Position numbers and translations under genes: made by a program. Positions 49,759-59,142 of a stretch of DNA of 64,000 nucleotides are shown piece after piece. The stretch lies in IMG/VR virus record IMGVR_UViG_3300003690_000004. One strand, written 5' to 3'. Below the pieces are notes generated by a model. The model saw only the letters and a program-made list of their open reading frames with translations, did not search any database and was not told the origin of the DNA. Source of the stretch: an uncultured virus (IMG/VR IMGVR_UViG_3300003690_000004). Its lineage: Duplodnaviria; Heunggongvirae; Uroviricota; Caudoviricetes. Numbering within the stretch: position 1 is the first letter of the stretch; each line of letters starts with the position of its first letter.

Positions 49759-50569
49759 CTACAATCCCCGCTTGGTATATGAAGTCCCGTTCGCCATGAG
49801 TTATAAGCATGGCTATACCTTGATTGAAACTGCGGAAGTCCAAGAAATTCAGAGTCAGACTCCCGTTGAGGTGTTGAAGGACATGGTTCAATCCCCCGTT
49901 ATAAGCGACCTCAAATCCCTCATCAGTGAGGGGGATATCATCACGAAGAACGGTGGTAGTAGTCCCTTTCAGGTCCCCTCCCACAGTGAGGCTCAGAACG
50001 CGGCCATTGAGCGTGAAGGTAAAGGCGTTGCTCTTCTGAGAATTCATGTTCACACAACGAACGGCCTCAAACAATTCGACAGCATCCATTTCCGCACTGA
50101 GCATGGGGCTTATTTTGGTGCCATCTCGCATGGTGTAAATCGCTGTGCGAGCATCTATTGATGCGGCCCGCTCCATTGAGCGTGTTTCCCATTCCATGAG
50201 GCTGTGCGGACTATGAGGGAATGCCTTCGCATTCTCGCTGGCTAAGAGTGTCGTTGATTTGTTGCCGGATTTCAGCCGTAGTTTCCCATCAAAATTGATG
50301 TTGAGTAACCCGCCGTGAAATTTCAGCGCCCCTTTGATGCGCTCGATGTCGGGAATGGGTATAGCGCATCCCGTGGGACTGTCTGCATCACAGGAGAAGC
50401 GGGATAGAGAAGTCACGCCATCCCTCACGAGCGAAACTATGCTCGCACTTCCTTGACCGTCACCCCGTAGCATACAGGCTATGACTTGTGGATTGGTGGA
50501 GCCCGCAACGGTCTGCTTACGCTGAGTCCTCTCCAACAATCTTTGAAGTGCGGCGGTCTGTACTTTCAT
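49751..50569 (-). CDS. Sliding clamp (PCNA-like), divergent
   Basis: About 270 aa, two-domain alpha/beta pattern, located between polB and RFC genes; low sequence conservation. Confidence 0.6.
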   Translation of the reverse strand: MKVQTAALQRLLERTQRKQTVAGSTNPQVIACMLRGDGQGSASIVSLVRDGVTSLSRFSCDADSPTGCAIPIPDIERIKGALKFHGGLLNINFDGKLRLKSGNKSTTLLASENAKAFPHSPHSLMEWETRSMERAASIDARTAIYTMRDGTKISPMLSAEMDAVELFEAVRCVNMNSQKSNAFTFTLNGRVLSLTVGGDLKGTTTTVLRDDIPLTDEGFEVAYNGGLNHVLQHLNGSLTLNFLDFRSFNQGIAMLITHGERDFIYQAGIVDA

Positions 50570-50570
50570 C

Positions 50571-50969
50571 TCAATGACTCCAATGGATTGCCGCATTCAT
50601 CATGTTGATGTGCTTATCCATGATTGCATCTTCCTCACTATCAAAGCACTCGTCTTCTTCTTGAATCCTTCGGAGAGTGAACCACTCCCTCCCCCAATGC
50701 CACCACTTCTCGTAGTATCGCTGTAATTGGTCGGTGGTAAAGCCCATGTATGTTGAGAAGATAGAGCCCAAACCGACAATTTGGTCATAGGCCCCATCCC
50801 ACTTCTCGTTGTATTCCACCCACTCCAACCAATCTTGAAAGTGGGGTTCGTCACCCGTGATGATGTCGTGAACGAGTTTTTCAGCGTGTGTTTCTCCTGC
50901 TATAACATTGAAAAGAGATGGATATTTCAGATGTTTTTCAGCGTGTGTTCCTTCAAGCCACCCCTTCAT
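50571..50969 (-). CDS. Hypothetical acidic/aromatic protein
   Basis: 132 aa; internal repeat THAEK twice. Confidence 0.55.
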   Translation of the reverse strand: MKGWLEGTHAEKHLKYPSLFNVIAGETHAEKLVHDIITGDEPHFQDWLEWVEYNEKWDGAYDQIVGLGSIFSTYMGFTTDQLQRYYEKWWHWGREWFTLRRIQEEDECFDSEEDAIMDKHINMMNAAIHWSH

Positions 50970-51121
50970 AGTGTATCACCCGGAGAAGGAAAGCCTGCAT
51001 CACACAGGCGGTTGAAGCAGAGGGAACAGTAGTTACCCGTGCCGTCACCGTGGCACCCTTGATAACAATAGTGCCGACGACATCTCGGGGTGTCGCAGAC
51101 GGGAGAGTCAGCCCTCTTCAT
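50966..51121 (-). CDS. 51-aa Cys-rich microprotein (not in ORF track)
   Basis: MKRADSPVCDTPRCRRHYCYQGCHGDGTGNYCSLCFNRLCDAGFPSPGDTL; fills the gap and its stop overlaps the next ATG. Confidence 0.55.
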   Translation of the reverse strand: MKRADSPVCDTPRCRRHYCYQGCHGDGTGNYCSLCFNRLCDAGFPSPGDTL

Positions 51122-52166
51122 TGTCGGGCTCCCCCTCGGTTGTAGCGGGTTCGTCCACAGTGGGCTCGGGCTCCGGCTCGTCTTCGTCCCATGTTAGGAA
51201 GGGGAGGCCATTCCATTTAACCTTGCCGTTCTTGATGGATAGAATCGTGTGTGTAGTCCCCAAGTATTCCATGTTGCGTCCCTTCATTTCCTCAATCTCA
51301 CCCTTAATGGCCCATTCGCCCTCAGCGAGAGATTTGTCGGGCTTCACGCCCGCCGCAGGGTCGGGGTTCCTCATGTAGCGAGTTAGGAATACCTGCTGTG
51401 AAAAGAGCCTCATGGTTCCCTTCTCCCACTCGGGGCGCTCTCCTATCGTCATCAGCACCTTCTTTCCCGTGCCGTCATTGACGAATTCCTTGATTTCCTT
51501 CAAGTGGAAGGTGAAGAAGACCTTCGGGATAGGCAGACCGTGAATGCGGTTGACTGTATCGCGGAATAACTGATTGCGAATCCTCCACTCGGCTTGGTTG
51601 AATTTGTCCCCGTTCGCCGGGTCCACAGGATTTTTACTTCTGTTTTGTAAAACATAGGTCATAGAGTGTTCACACCACTTTAGGAAGGTGGAGCCACCAT
51701 CAAAGATAATGGCGCCGTACTCATCGGGGTCCTCCTTGACTTTCTGCGCGAGTATGTTGACGAACCAATTGACCTTATCCACAAGGGCGACATAATTCGT
51801 GGTGTTATCGTCGTTGAATATGGAATCATCGGTTTCATCATAGATGGGAAGAACCTCAATGTTAGGGGTGTCGGGGAAGACGAAATCCACCGTAGCCTTC
51901 GCGCTGTTATCAATGTCGAAGATGATGACCTTCTTCCCTGCCTTAATCGCGCCTTCGCAGAGGGACACAGCGAGTCCGGTCTTGGCCGTGTTCTCGCGTC
52001 CAACAAGAGCCATGCGAACATCAACGACTTGAGCGCGAGTGTTCTCAAACAAGTTACGATAGTAAGCACCGTCATAAACGGGTGCAGGGGGCGCCTTTGT
52101 AGCAGTGGTTTTACCACCACTCTTTGCTCCCCATCCCTTTTGGGCGGCCGTCGTCACTCGTCCCAC
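51108..52166 (-). CDS. RecA-superfamily ATPase (Sak4/AAA_24- or RadA-like recombinase)
   Basis: P-loop GRENTAKT, IIFDID, IIFDGGS, W..RN, VFFTFH. Confidence 0.7.
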   Translation of the reverse strand: MGRVTTAAQKGWGAKSGGKTTATKAPPAPVYDGAYYRNLFENTRAQVVDVRMALVGRENTAKTGLAVSLCEGAIKAGKKVIIFDIDNSAKATVDFVFPDTPNIEVLPIYDETDDSIFNDDNTTNYVALVDKVNWFVNILAQKVKEDPDEYGAIIFDGGSTFLKWCEHSMTYVLQNRSKNPVDPANGDKFNQAEWRIRNQLFRDTVNRIHGLPIPKVFFTFHLKEIKEFVNDGTGKKVLMTIGERPEWEKGTMRLFSQQVFLTRYMRNPDPAAGVKPDKSLAEGEWAIKGEIEEMKGRNMEYLGTTHTILSIKNGKVKWNGLPFLTWDEDEPEPEPTVDEPATTEGEPDNEEG

Positions 52167-53362
52167 CCCTCATCATCAAGCGTTACATCATCACCATTAG
52201 CCACAGGGATTACATCGTGAGCGTACCATCCATTTACGGTCAAGCGGATATCGCCCTCGCGGGTACGCCATACCTGTCCGAACAGTAGGACCTTCGTACC
52301 GATGGCGAATTCAACCTTGTCCGCATGGACGCCGGACACGAATACCTCCTGTGGGGGAGCGAGTGAAGTGATATCCAAATCACTCACGATTAGGACACAG
52401 CCGCCGTTGTCGCGTGGGTCCATGTGAATGACTTCACCAACCACGGCGATATTACGGTCATACCAACCATCAGTGCCTTGATTATCATTGAGGAAGGGTT
52501 CTAGCGCGTCGAAGTTATCGAGGAAGTCAACACCGAGTAATTCCGTTATCAAATCCAAAGGCGGAGCGGAAAATATCTCCTGCTTGGTTTCATCCGCATT
52601 GAAGACAGACAGACCGTTGCGAACCGCATAAGCAACGGCTGGGTTGCGTCCGGTCTTGAGAGCGATTGTGCCCGCAACAAAGGTGGGAGGATAAAGTTTG
52701 TCTGCCGCCTTTCCCTCAGCCTTGACCTTGAGAAGAGTCGGGGTATCGTTGGTGCCCTCCCTTCGTCCCAAGAATAGACAGGTTCGCTCGCGTTCATCCT
52801 GTGGTCGGGCCTTCCCGTACTTGAAATTGGGGTCCCCGGAAGGATATGTGGGGTTGTTCTTATCCCACACGACATAGAAGGAGGTCAAGCCGTCACTCAG
52901 CGTAACAGTGTGACGAGGCAATTCCGAAACCGTGGCTTCGTCTATGCCTTCCCCGCCGTTGAAGAAGGCTCCGCTCCCGCGGCGTTGATATGTTCCATCT
53001 CCGTTTGAATTGAATATAACGACCGAACCTTCACTGACGAGGTTTTCCGTGGCTTGGGCCGGCAGACTCTCCAATTGATTTCTCATCTTGTTATAGAGGA
53101 TTTTACCCCACTCCTTCGGGCGCGGGACACTGATGAACATTCCCTCAAAGCGGGTCGCCCCGGAGCGGGCCATTTGTGCGTTCTCCCGTCCAATCATCTG
53201 CGCGGCTACGCGCACGGACAGTATCTTGCAGGCGTCCTCATCGTGTCCGGCGCGCTCCCAATCAGCACCCTTCTCAGAGAGGATATGAGAGGCAACCTCC
53301 GATAGATTTTCGGGGGTTGTGTTGAGGCTCGTTGCCAAGTTAGTAATCATATCATCTGCCAT
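52154..53362 (-). CDS. OB-fold single-stranded DNA-binding protein (RPA-like)
   Basis: C-terminal OB-like VVGEV...VSDLD...GTKVLLFGQV; acidic tail DDEGWDE; next to recombinase; GGAGG ribosome-binding site. Confidence 0.55.
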   Translation of the reverse strand: MADDMITNLATSLNTTPENLSEVASHILSEKGADWERAGHDEDACKILSVRVAAQMIGRENAQMARSGATRFEGMFISVPRPKEWGKILYNKMRNQLESLPAQATENLVSEGSVVIFNSNGDGTYQRRGSGAFFNGGEGIDEATVSELPRHTVTLSDGLTSFYVVWDKNNPTYPSGDPNFKYGKARPQDERERTCLFLGRREGTNDTPTLLKVKAEGKAADKLYPPTFVAGTIALKTGRNPAVAYAVRNGLSVFNADETKQEIFSAPPLDLITELLGVDFLDNFDALEPFLNDNQGTDGWYDRNIAVVGEVIHMDPRDNGGCVLIVSDLDITSLAPPQEVFVSGVHADKVEFAIGTKVLLFGQVWRTREGDIRLTVNGWYAHDVIPVANGDDVTLDDEGWDE

Positions 53363-53412
53363 AGTAGTCCTCCCCTCCGGGTATTCCTGCCGACCTTGCG
53401 TTCGCTTATAAC

Positions 53413-54315
53413 CTAACCGGTCACACACATACGGACGAAGTTTGCTCTCACAACATCGTGGGATATTCCCAAGTAGAGGTCCCTTTCAGCCGTGATGGCG
53501 GCTTCAATAACCCGCATCTTGGATGTATTCTTGGCGTTAGTCTGCACAGCGTAATTGAACACCTCCCGAATTCCTTCACGGGTAGCGTAAGGGGATAGGA
53601 GAGCGAGTGAGGCGTCATAGTCTTGGTCCTTGAAAGACAGACGGAGAAAAGTAGAGGCATCGGGAACCGCCGTTACGAAGGAATTGATGAATACTGTCCG
53701 TTCTTCGGGGGAAGCCACGGAATAATATTGGAGTGCGTTAATAGCATTCCGAAGGTCCCCATCGTGATGCTTCACGATGGCCGCGAGATGTGTGTCGGAT
53801 ATCTCCACTGCTTCGCGCCCAGCGATATAGGAGAGGCGCCCCGTCATGGAGTCGTCGTCTATGGGATAGAATTCTATCAGACGACAGCGTGAAATAAGAT
53901 AGTCGCTGATTTTCCCGAGGTCGTTACAGGTGAGAATGAAATATCCCTGCGCGTTTTCTATCACTCCCTTCAAGGCCGCTTGGGCCGCCGGGGTCAATTG
54001 GTCTGCCTCATCCAATAAGATAATCTGATTCTCATTTCCAATGGTTGTGAGAGGGAGCAGGTCGTCCTGTACGAAGTCAATCCCGCGCTCATGCTTGGTG
54101 CTGGCATTGAAGATGTGAATAGGCCAATCGAGCGCATCGGCGAGGGCGAGAGCATAACTCGTTTTTCCCACACCCGGAGTTACGGAATGAAGGAGGGTGT
54201 GTTGTACCCAGCCATCGTTTCCGAAAACCTCATCCTCCGCCAACATCACCGTCAATTGAGGTTGCCCGACAATTTCAGACAGCGAAGGTCTGTACTTCTG
54301 CGACCACACAGTCAT
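53413..54315 (-). CDS. rfcS: Clamp loader, RFC small subunit
   Basis: WSQKYRP, PGVGKT, NAS, LLDEAD, AQAAL, FILTCN, SRC, GDLRNAINALQ. Confidence 0.93.
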   Translation of the reverse strand: MTVWSQKYRPSLSEIVGQPQLTVMLAEDEVFGNDGWVQHTLLHSVTPGVGKTSYALALADALDWPIHIFNASTKHERGIDFVQDDLLPLTTIGNENQIILLDEADQLTPAAQAALKGVIENAQGYFILTCNDLGKISDYLISRCRLIEFYPIDDDSMTGRLSYIAGREAVEISDTHLAAIVKHHDGDLRNAINALQYYSVASPEERTVFINSFVTAVPDASTFLRLSFKDQDYDASLALLSPYATREGIREVFNYAVQTNAKNTSKMRVIEAAITAERDLYLGISHDVVRANFVRMCVTG

Positions 54316-54686
54316 GTTTCAATCGACCTTTCAATGAGAATTGATTGGACCGCTTCGTACAGTGGTACCATCTCTCGGTGCATCCTCCCCACGAGAGGGG
54401 TAGTCGCGCCTCTGATATCAGCCTCAAGAGCCGTGGCTATACCCAACGCCATACCGCGAAGGAATTCGCTGTCTATTTCATCACTATCTGAATAGGCATC
54501 TCCCCACGGACCCTCAAGTTCCTCAAAGTCAGGGTCGGTCATAACCGCCAATCGGTTCCTCATATCATGGATGAAGTGGAGGTTATCATCGGTCATTATA
54601 CGCCCCAACCCCTTGTATATGGGGACATTGTTCTCCATTGAGCCTGCGAGAACATTCATCATCTGACTTAACCACCGTTCATCCAT
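54312..54686 (-). CDS. Hypothetical protein
   Basis: 124-aa ORF overlapping neighbours. Confidence 0.55.
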   Translation of the reverse strand: MDERWLSQMMNVLAGSMENNVPIYKGLGRIMTDDNLHFIHDMRNRLAVMTDPDFEELEGPWGDAYSDSDEIDSEFLRGMALGIATALEADIRGATTPLVGRMHREMVPLYEAVQSILIERSIET

Positions 54687-55038
54687 GAATCAAGTACGAC
54701 AATAGCGTTAATTGAGGCTTTCCATCAGATGAGCCATTTTCGGGAGATTTGGACCCCATTCTCTCCAATACAGGGCGTGGTTTTTCGGCCCCGTCAGTTA
54801 ACGATTTCCCTTGTCGGGTTTCCTTCGCCTTAGCCATTCTACGCAAGGTTCGCTTGGAAAATTTGGAGCGCACACAGGGCATACACCATACCGTGAAGAC
54901 CCCGTACTCGATGACGGGGTTCGGCATCATGTTTCCACAGAGTTTGCACTTCACCTTGTCGGGTGCGTCCGGAAATAACTCGCGTCGAACCACGGCTTGA
55001 AAGACTTCACTCTCCATCCACACACTCCCCGTTCGCAT
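54679..55038 (-). CDS. Zn-finger protein with C-terminal PIP-like motif
   Basis: CKLC...CMPC; QLTLLSYL. Confidence 0.55.
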   Translation of the reverse strand: MRTGSVWMESEVFQAVVRRELFPDAPDKVKCKLCGNMMPNPVIEYGVFTVWCMPCVRSKFSKRTLRRMAKAKETRQGKSLTDGAEKPRPVLERMGSKSPENGSSDGKPQLTLLSYLIHG

Positions 55039-55294
55039 TTCTTCTCAATCTCCATGTGTGACCCGGTTTGCCTCGGGCTTCATGTACCTCAGCCCATCTT
55101 GATTTTGCCAAGATACCGGCGACTTGGCGCGGGCTAAGGGACAGTGAGGTTTGACTCACGCGGCGCCCGTTCTTGAATCTCATGTTAGCCAAAATCTCAT
55201 GCGTGGAACAGGGTTCATGTTCCTCAAGGTATCGCTTCATGGCCTTGAGTACATTGGAGGTCTTCATCTTGCGTGTCCGATATCCCATACTCAA
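55007..55294 (-). CDS. Basic winged-helix protein
   Basis: PCSTHEIL...SPRQVAGILAKS...TWRL. Confidence 0.6.
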   Translation of the reverse strand: MSMGYRTRKMKTSNVLKAMKRYLEEHEPCSTHEILANMRFKNGRRVSQTSLSLSPRQVAGILAKSRWAEVHEARGKPGHTWRLRRNANGECVDGE

Positions 55295-55524
55295 TTCTCC
55301 TTCTCCTTGAAATCTCGATGCGCTGTCGGCAGACGGTGTTGTCGTCGGACGGCGAGATTGTTCACAAGGTTGGCAACATTGGTCGCGCCCGTATCGAATC
55401 GCTTCGCGGCCACATCATCTCCCTCGGGTACCATGCGGTCACGAAGGGCACTCAATTCAATGCACTCAGTAACGAGTTTCAGTATCTCGTACTCCGCGTG
55501 TATGACCGTCTTTGCTCTCGCTAT
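55291..55524 (-). CDS. 77-aa protein with apparent ATA start (not in ORF track)
   Basis: (I/M)ARAKTVIHAEYEILKLVTECIELSALRDRMVPEGDD...FKEKEN; GGAGG upstream; in-frame TAA further upstream. Confidence 0.55.
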   Translation of the reverse strand: MARAKTVIHAEYEILKLVTECIELSALRDRMVPEGDDVAAKRFDTGATNVANLVNNLAVRRQHRLPTAHRDFKEKEN

Positions 55525-55582
55525 ACCATCGCCTCCGTATTACCCTGTATGCAATCGCGTATAAACGCACCGGTGCCGGGAT

Positions 55583-56020
55583 TTATAACCCTCGGACACA
55601 GTGAAGGCACTTGGAATCCCCATGACGGAAAACCCGAATTCGACCACACCCACACTTACGCGCCTCCCGCTTCTGCTTCGGACTCATTATGGTCGGCGAA
55701 CGGCTATAAACTGCTTCCTCGGATTTCTGAATCAGTTGTCTATTCACATCATACAGGAGGTGCTTGGATTTAGTACCTGCCAAATTCTCTACAAACTCGG
55801 AGCCAACGGAAATAATCTGTGTGTTCTTGCACAGGAGAGAAGACAGGCTGTGCGGAGAGGGAACAGTACGGATGGATTTCTTCGTGGCAAGAATTTCAGC
55901 GACTCCTTCCTTCGTGAGTGGTCCGTATTCCAACAGGATTTCCACGATGATTCTTCTAACTCTCGTGTTGTTTGCACTCATTAAAAAACGCTGGTGGAGG
56001 GTACCTATGAAGCGTTTCAA
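55583..56020 (-). CDS. Winged-helix protein with C-terminal Zn ribbon
   Basis: EILLEYGPLTKEGVA...SLSSLL; CGCGR...CLHC. Confidence 0.65.
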   Translation of the reverse strand: MKRFIGTLHQRFLMSANNTRVRRIIVEILLEYGPLTKEGVAEILATKKSIRTVPSPHSLSSLLCKNTQIISVGSEFVENLAGTKSKHLLYDVNRQLIQKSEEAVYSRSPTIMSPKQKREARKCGCGRIRVFRHGDSKCLHCVRGL

Positions 56021-56202
56021 TCATCATCCATAGAAAGAAACATCGCTGAGTCAATAAACGAGGCATCTCCCCCCTGCTGGTTGACGCCTCGTGAAATGAT
56101 GGGAGGACCGTACATTTTCGTGAGAACCCATACGATGATTCCCACCACTATAAATGGAGAAGCCATACAGAGGCCGACTGCTAATGCCTCACTCACACCC
56201 AT
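56017..56202 (-). CDS. Small membrane protein
   Basis: PFIVVGIIVWVL hydrophobic helix. Confidence 0.5.
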   Translation of the reverse strand: MGVSEALAVGLCMASPFIVVGIIVWVLTKMYGPPIISRGVNQQGGDASFIDSAMFLSMDDD

Positions 56203-56597
56203 TCACTCACTGCCTCCTTCCGTTTCTTGATACCCTTCGGTATTGTGTCTGCCTGTTCCCTTATCTGATTGGCAACGCGCGGCTCCCTTTCAGTAATTTC
56301 ACGCCAATATTCATCTCGTGCAGTGAACGGTAGTGGAGGTGGGTCGCTCCCCGGTTTCTTCGGGAAGATAACTTCCTCCTGCATCGGTTTAATCCCGAAT
56401 GCGAGAGCAGAGCGAACAAAATCAGCAGGTATAGTGTACGGGTTGTTCACAATAAGCCTCAATAAGTTCAAATCCTCGGGACGGTTCGCTTGAGTGAAAG
56501 AAATCAGAAGGGGAATTGGGACACACGAAATCTGATGAAAGACTCGTTGCCTGTCCTTCCAAAGGAAAACAGATTTCAATGCCTGTGCAAACTTCAT
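56193..56597 (-). CDS. Hypothetical protein
   Basis: 134 aa, ATGA-coupled to upstream gene. Confidence 0.55.
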   Translation of the reverse strand: MKFAQALKSVFLWKDRQRVFHQISCVPIPLLISFTQANRPEDLNLLRLIVNNPYTIPADFVRSALAFGIKPMQEEVIFPKKPGSDPPPLPFTARDEYWREITEREPRVANQIREQADTIPKGIKKRKEAVSEWV

Positions 56598-56839
56598 TCA
56601 CTCACCAACACATAATCCACCAAGCGCCGGTACTGATGGGGCGTTAGACCCCACACTTCACGGACTATCTTCGGGGCTATCCGATACTCACCGAGAAACC
56701 ACGCGACCCCAGCACTCTCCAACACCGTACTCAATCCGTCCTCCGCCATAGCCTGAAACAGAACCGGGAAGTCCTTCTCGTAGATAGGCTGAGTGTAGAT
56801 TCCGCGCCCCCGCTTGCGCCATATTTTCCCACGACTCAT
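56594..56839 (-). CDS. Hypothetical protein
   Basis: 81 aa, ATGA-coupled. Confidence 0.55.
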   Translation of the reverse strand: MSRGKIWRKRGRGIYTQPIYEKDFPVLFQAMAEDGLSTVLESAGVAWFLGEYRIAPKIVREVWGLTPHQYRRLVDYVLVSE

Positions 56840-56957
56840 AAACTACGCACCGCATTTCTCATCCATCTAGCGCCGCAAGCATCCCACTCACGAAATCCTC
56901 GGTGAATCCTATCACAGAAAGGACACGCCTCATTCCAAATGATTTCATGGAAAGTGG

Positions 56958-57200
56958 TCATAGACCCCGAGCCCCCTCCGGCCAATCCATCCCTCGGGTT
57001 CGCATCAATTTCCATCCGCAATAAACATCTGACTTGTGGTTTCGTCGCCACAGCGCACCCTTGATTATTTGGTTGTTGAAAAACTGAACAGCGCCGTTCT
57101 CGCCGGGGAAAAATCGTGGGGTGATTCTCGCAAGTTCCCACTCCGCATTGTCGTGGTCGTAGCGTCCGTTACGGATAAGGCCGGTGACTTTGTACTCCAT
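56958..57200 (-). CDS. Hypothetical protein
   Basis: 80 aa, TAATG-coupled to upstream gene. Confidence 0.5.
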   Translation of the reverse strand: MEYKVTGLIRNGRYDHDNAEWELARITPRFFPGENGAVQFFNNQIIKGALWRRNHKSDVYCGWKLMRTRGMDWPEGARGL

Positions 57201-57832
57201 TAGTTATCACTCTCCTTGAATTCCACATCAATGACCGGCGCTCTCAGTGCGGACATTCTCAATTCAACCTCGTCCAATAACTCGGGATGGGGGCGCAAGA
57301 TATCCACGAGCAATTGACTCATTTGGGTCATACGCGCTTCCTGCAACAGCAATTGACTATCAACCCCTATCTCCTTCTTCAATTGACCAATCATACGGAG
57401 GGAGGTGTTCGCCTGTCCCATGAGTTTAGTTACATCGGCGACCCACTCAGAAGATATGCCCCCTTGTGCCTGCTTCTGTTCCTCCAATTCATCCATCCAC
57501 ACAATCAGTCGGCCGAACAGATGATTAGCCATGTCGAGCGTATCAATGGATTGGGTTCGCATTTGCTCCACATGACGCGCCTCCGCGGGGTCATACTCGA
57601 TGTGGTTCTCCGTGTGGTTCATCACGGTGCCATCGGGCCACCCATGTTTGTTCTCAAGATAAACGGGACTGTATTCCTCATTCCGCAGACCCATTTCGTA
57701 CTCCTTCCGGTCCTTATGCTCACAGAAGGTACAGCCTCCATCAAGGACCCAACGCAGGACCTCGATAGCGAAGGCATCATTCTCAGCCGCCAAACGCTTC
57801 TGAATTTCACTCTTGGATTTCATGTACCCCAC
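57200..57832 (-). CDS. Zn/HTH plus coiled-coil protein, candidate terminase small subunit
   Basis: CTFCEH...HTENH followed by helical oligomerisation-like region and C-terminal PVIDVEF. Confidence 0.45.
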   Translation of the reverse strand: MGYMKSKSEIQKRLAAENDAFAIEVLRWVLDGGCTFCEHKDRKEYEMGLRNEEYSPVYLENKHGWPDGTVMNHTENHIEYDPAEARHVEQMRTQSIDTLDMANHLFGRLIVWMDELEEQKQAQGGISSEWVADVTKLMGQANTSLRMIGQLKKEIGVDSQLLLQEARMTQMSQLLVDILRPHPELLDEVELRMSALRAPVIDVEFKESDN

Positions 57833-59142
57833 CTCTTGAAATCGCTCTTGTTATTCTGCAACCCGATACGACAGACGACACCCTTTCGCCCGCGCCTTGT
57901 AACCTCCGGCTCGTACTCATCATAAAAGTCCTGTCCCTCCAAGTTTTCGATAATCCACCGCTTCGCGGACTGATAATCACCGCTCGTTATCATGCGGGAA
58001 ACCTCCTTCACCAATTGGGACTTAGCAAGGTCCCGCATCCAAAATGTGCTTCTGATTAATTCAAGGTCCGCGTCCATGACTCGGCGACGCATAGCGAGGG
58101 AGTCATCGAGCAATTTCCTCAGTTTATCATCGAGTGTGACGATTAGGGGGGACCCTCCGTGATACTCGCTACTCATCATGTGATAGCCTATGCACAGACG
58201 GCGAAACAGGTCGGCTTCATAGGAGCGCACACTTGGTTGGTCAATCCATTCGGCCACATCGTCATCGAAGATAACACCCGTGGGAGGATTAGACACGGCT
58301 TCAAGCATCCGGTCACGAAACCACTTCTTAATCCCGAGGCTCTTATCGGCGAGGACGACCCGTTCCTCCCTCGACATATTGGCCTGCGCGTGTTGTGCCG
58401 ACTTGTACTGTGCCTCCTTCTCGGGGGTCATCTCGATATCAATTATGAAAAATCGCCGGTCAAGTCCTGAATCCAATTCAAAGCGGGCAGGCTGAGTCCC
58501 GGCCCATAGGGTCGCGCGTGTAGTGTACTTCACCCATCCCGCCTTCATAGCCTTCTGTACCCTCCCGTTATCGAGAGCGGTCAGCAATTGGTTCTTCATG
58601 TCGAGGCTGTGGTCCTTCTTGGAGGCATCAGACATCGAAGAAAATTCTTCAAAACCAAGAAAACCACCACAGACTTCACGAACAAGCGGGCGCCCCATGA
58701 TGTCCCCGAATTCATCCACAGAGCCGAACATTCCTGCCTCTGTTACACTGTTGGGTCCCATCATGGTCAAGTAACCCTCTCCCATGTCCGCGTTCTGATT
58801 GTGAAGGAATCCTGTCCCTTCCGCGAGGAACATGAGAATGAGAATGGACTTCCCGCTCCCCTTCGGACCACGCAGAAGGATATGAATGCGCGTGTCGGGT
58901 AACTGCATCATGGGAGTGTAGAAGGGTGGGTTAGGGTGCCTCAAGGGGCAGTGAGGAATCACGAAGTCCCCGCCTTCTTCATCAACGAAGGGGCTAAGGG
59001 GGTCGAAGTCACACCGAGAGCATTTATTGAGGGTGTTGAACAGATGACCCCCGATGCTACATACGAAGATATCAATTTTGTCCTGTACATCCACGAAATG
59101 ACTTCTATCGGTGAATTTCAATATTTCATCGAATATATTCAA
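57820..59142 (-). CDS. MCM-like AAA+ ATPase lacking the MCM N-terminal domain
   Basis: IHILLRGPKGSGKS, SVTEAGMFGSV, GGFLGFEEF, LLTALDNG, LDRRF. Confidence 0.78.
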   Translation of the reverse strand: MNIFDEILKFTDRSHFVDVQDKIDIFVCSIGGHLFNTLNKCSRCDFDPLSPFVDEEGGDFVIPHCPLRHPNPPFYTPMMQLPDTRIHILLRGPKGSGKSILILMFLAEGTGFLHNQNADMGEGYLTMMGPNSVTEAGMFGSVDEFGDIMGRPLVREVCGGFLGFEEFSSMSDASKKDHSLDMKNQLLTALDNGRVQKAMKAGWVKYTTRATLWAGTQPARFELDSGLDRRFFIIDIEMTPEKEAQYKSAQHAQANMSREERVVLADKSLGIKKWFRDRMLEAVSNPPTGVIFDDDVAEWIDQPSVRSYEADLFRRLCIGYHMMSSEYHGGSPLIVTLDDKLRKLLDDSLAMRRRVMDADLELIRSTFWMRDLAKSQLVKEVSRMITSGDYQSAKRWIIENLEGQDFYDEYEPEVTRRGRKGVVCRIGLQNNKSDFKRWGT

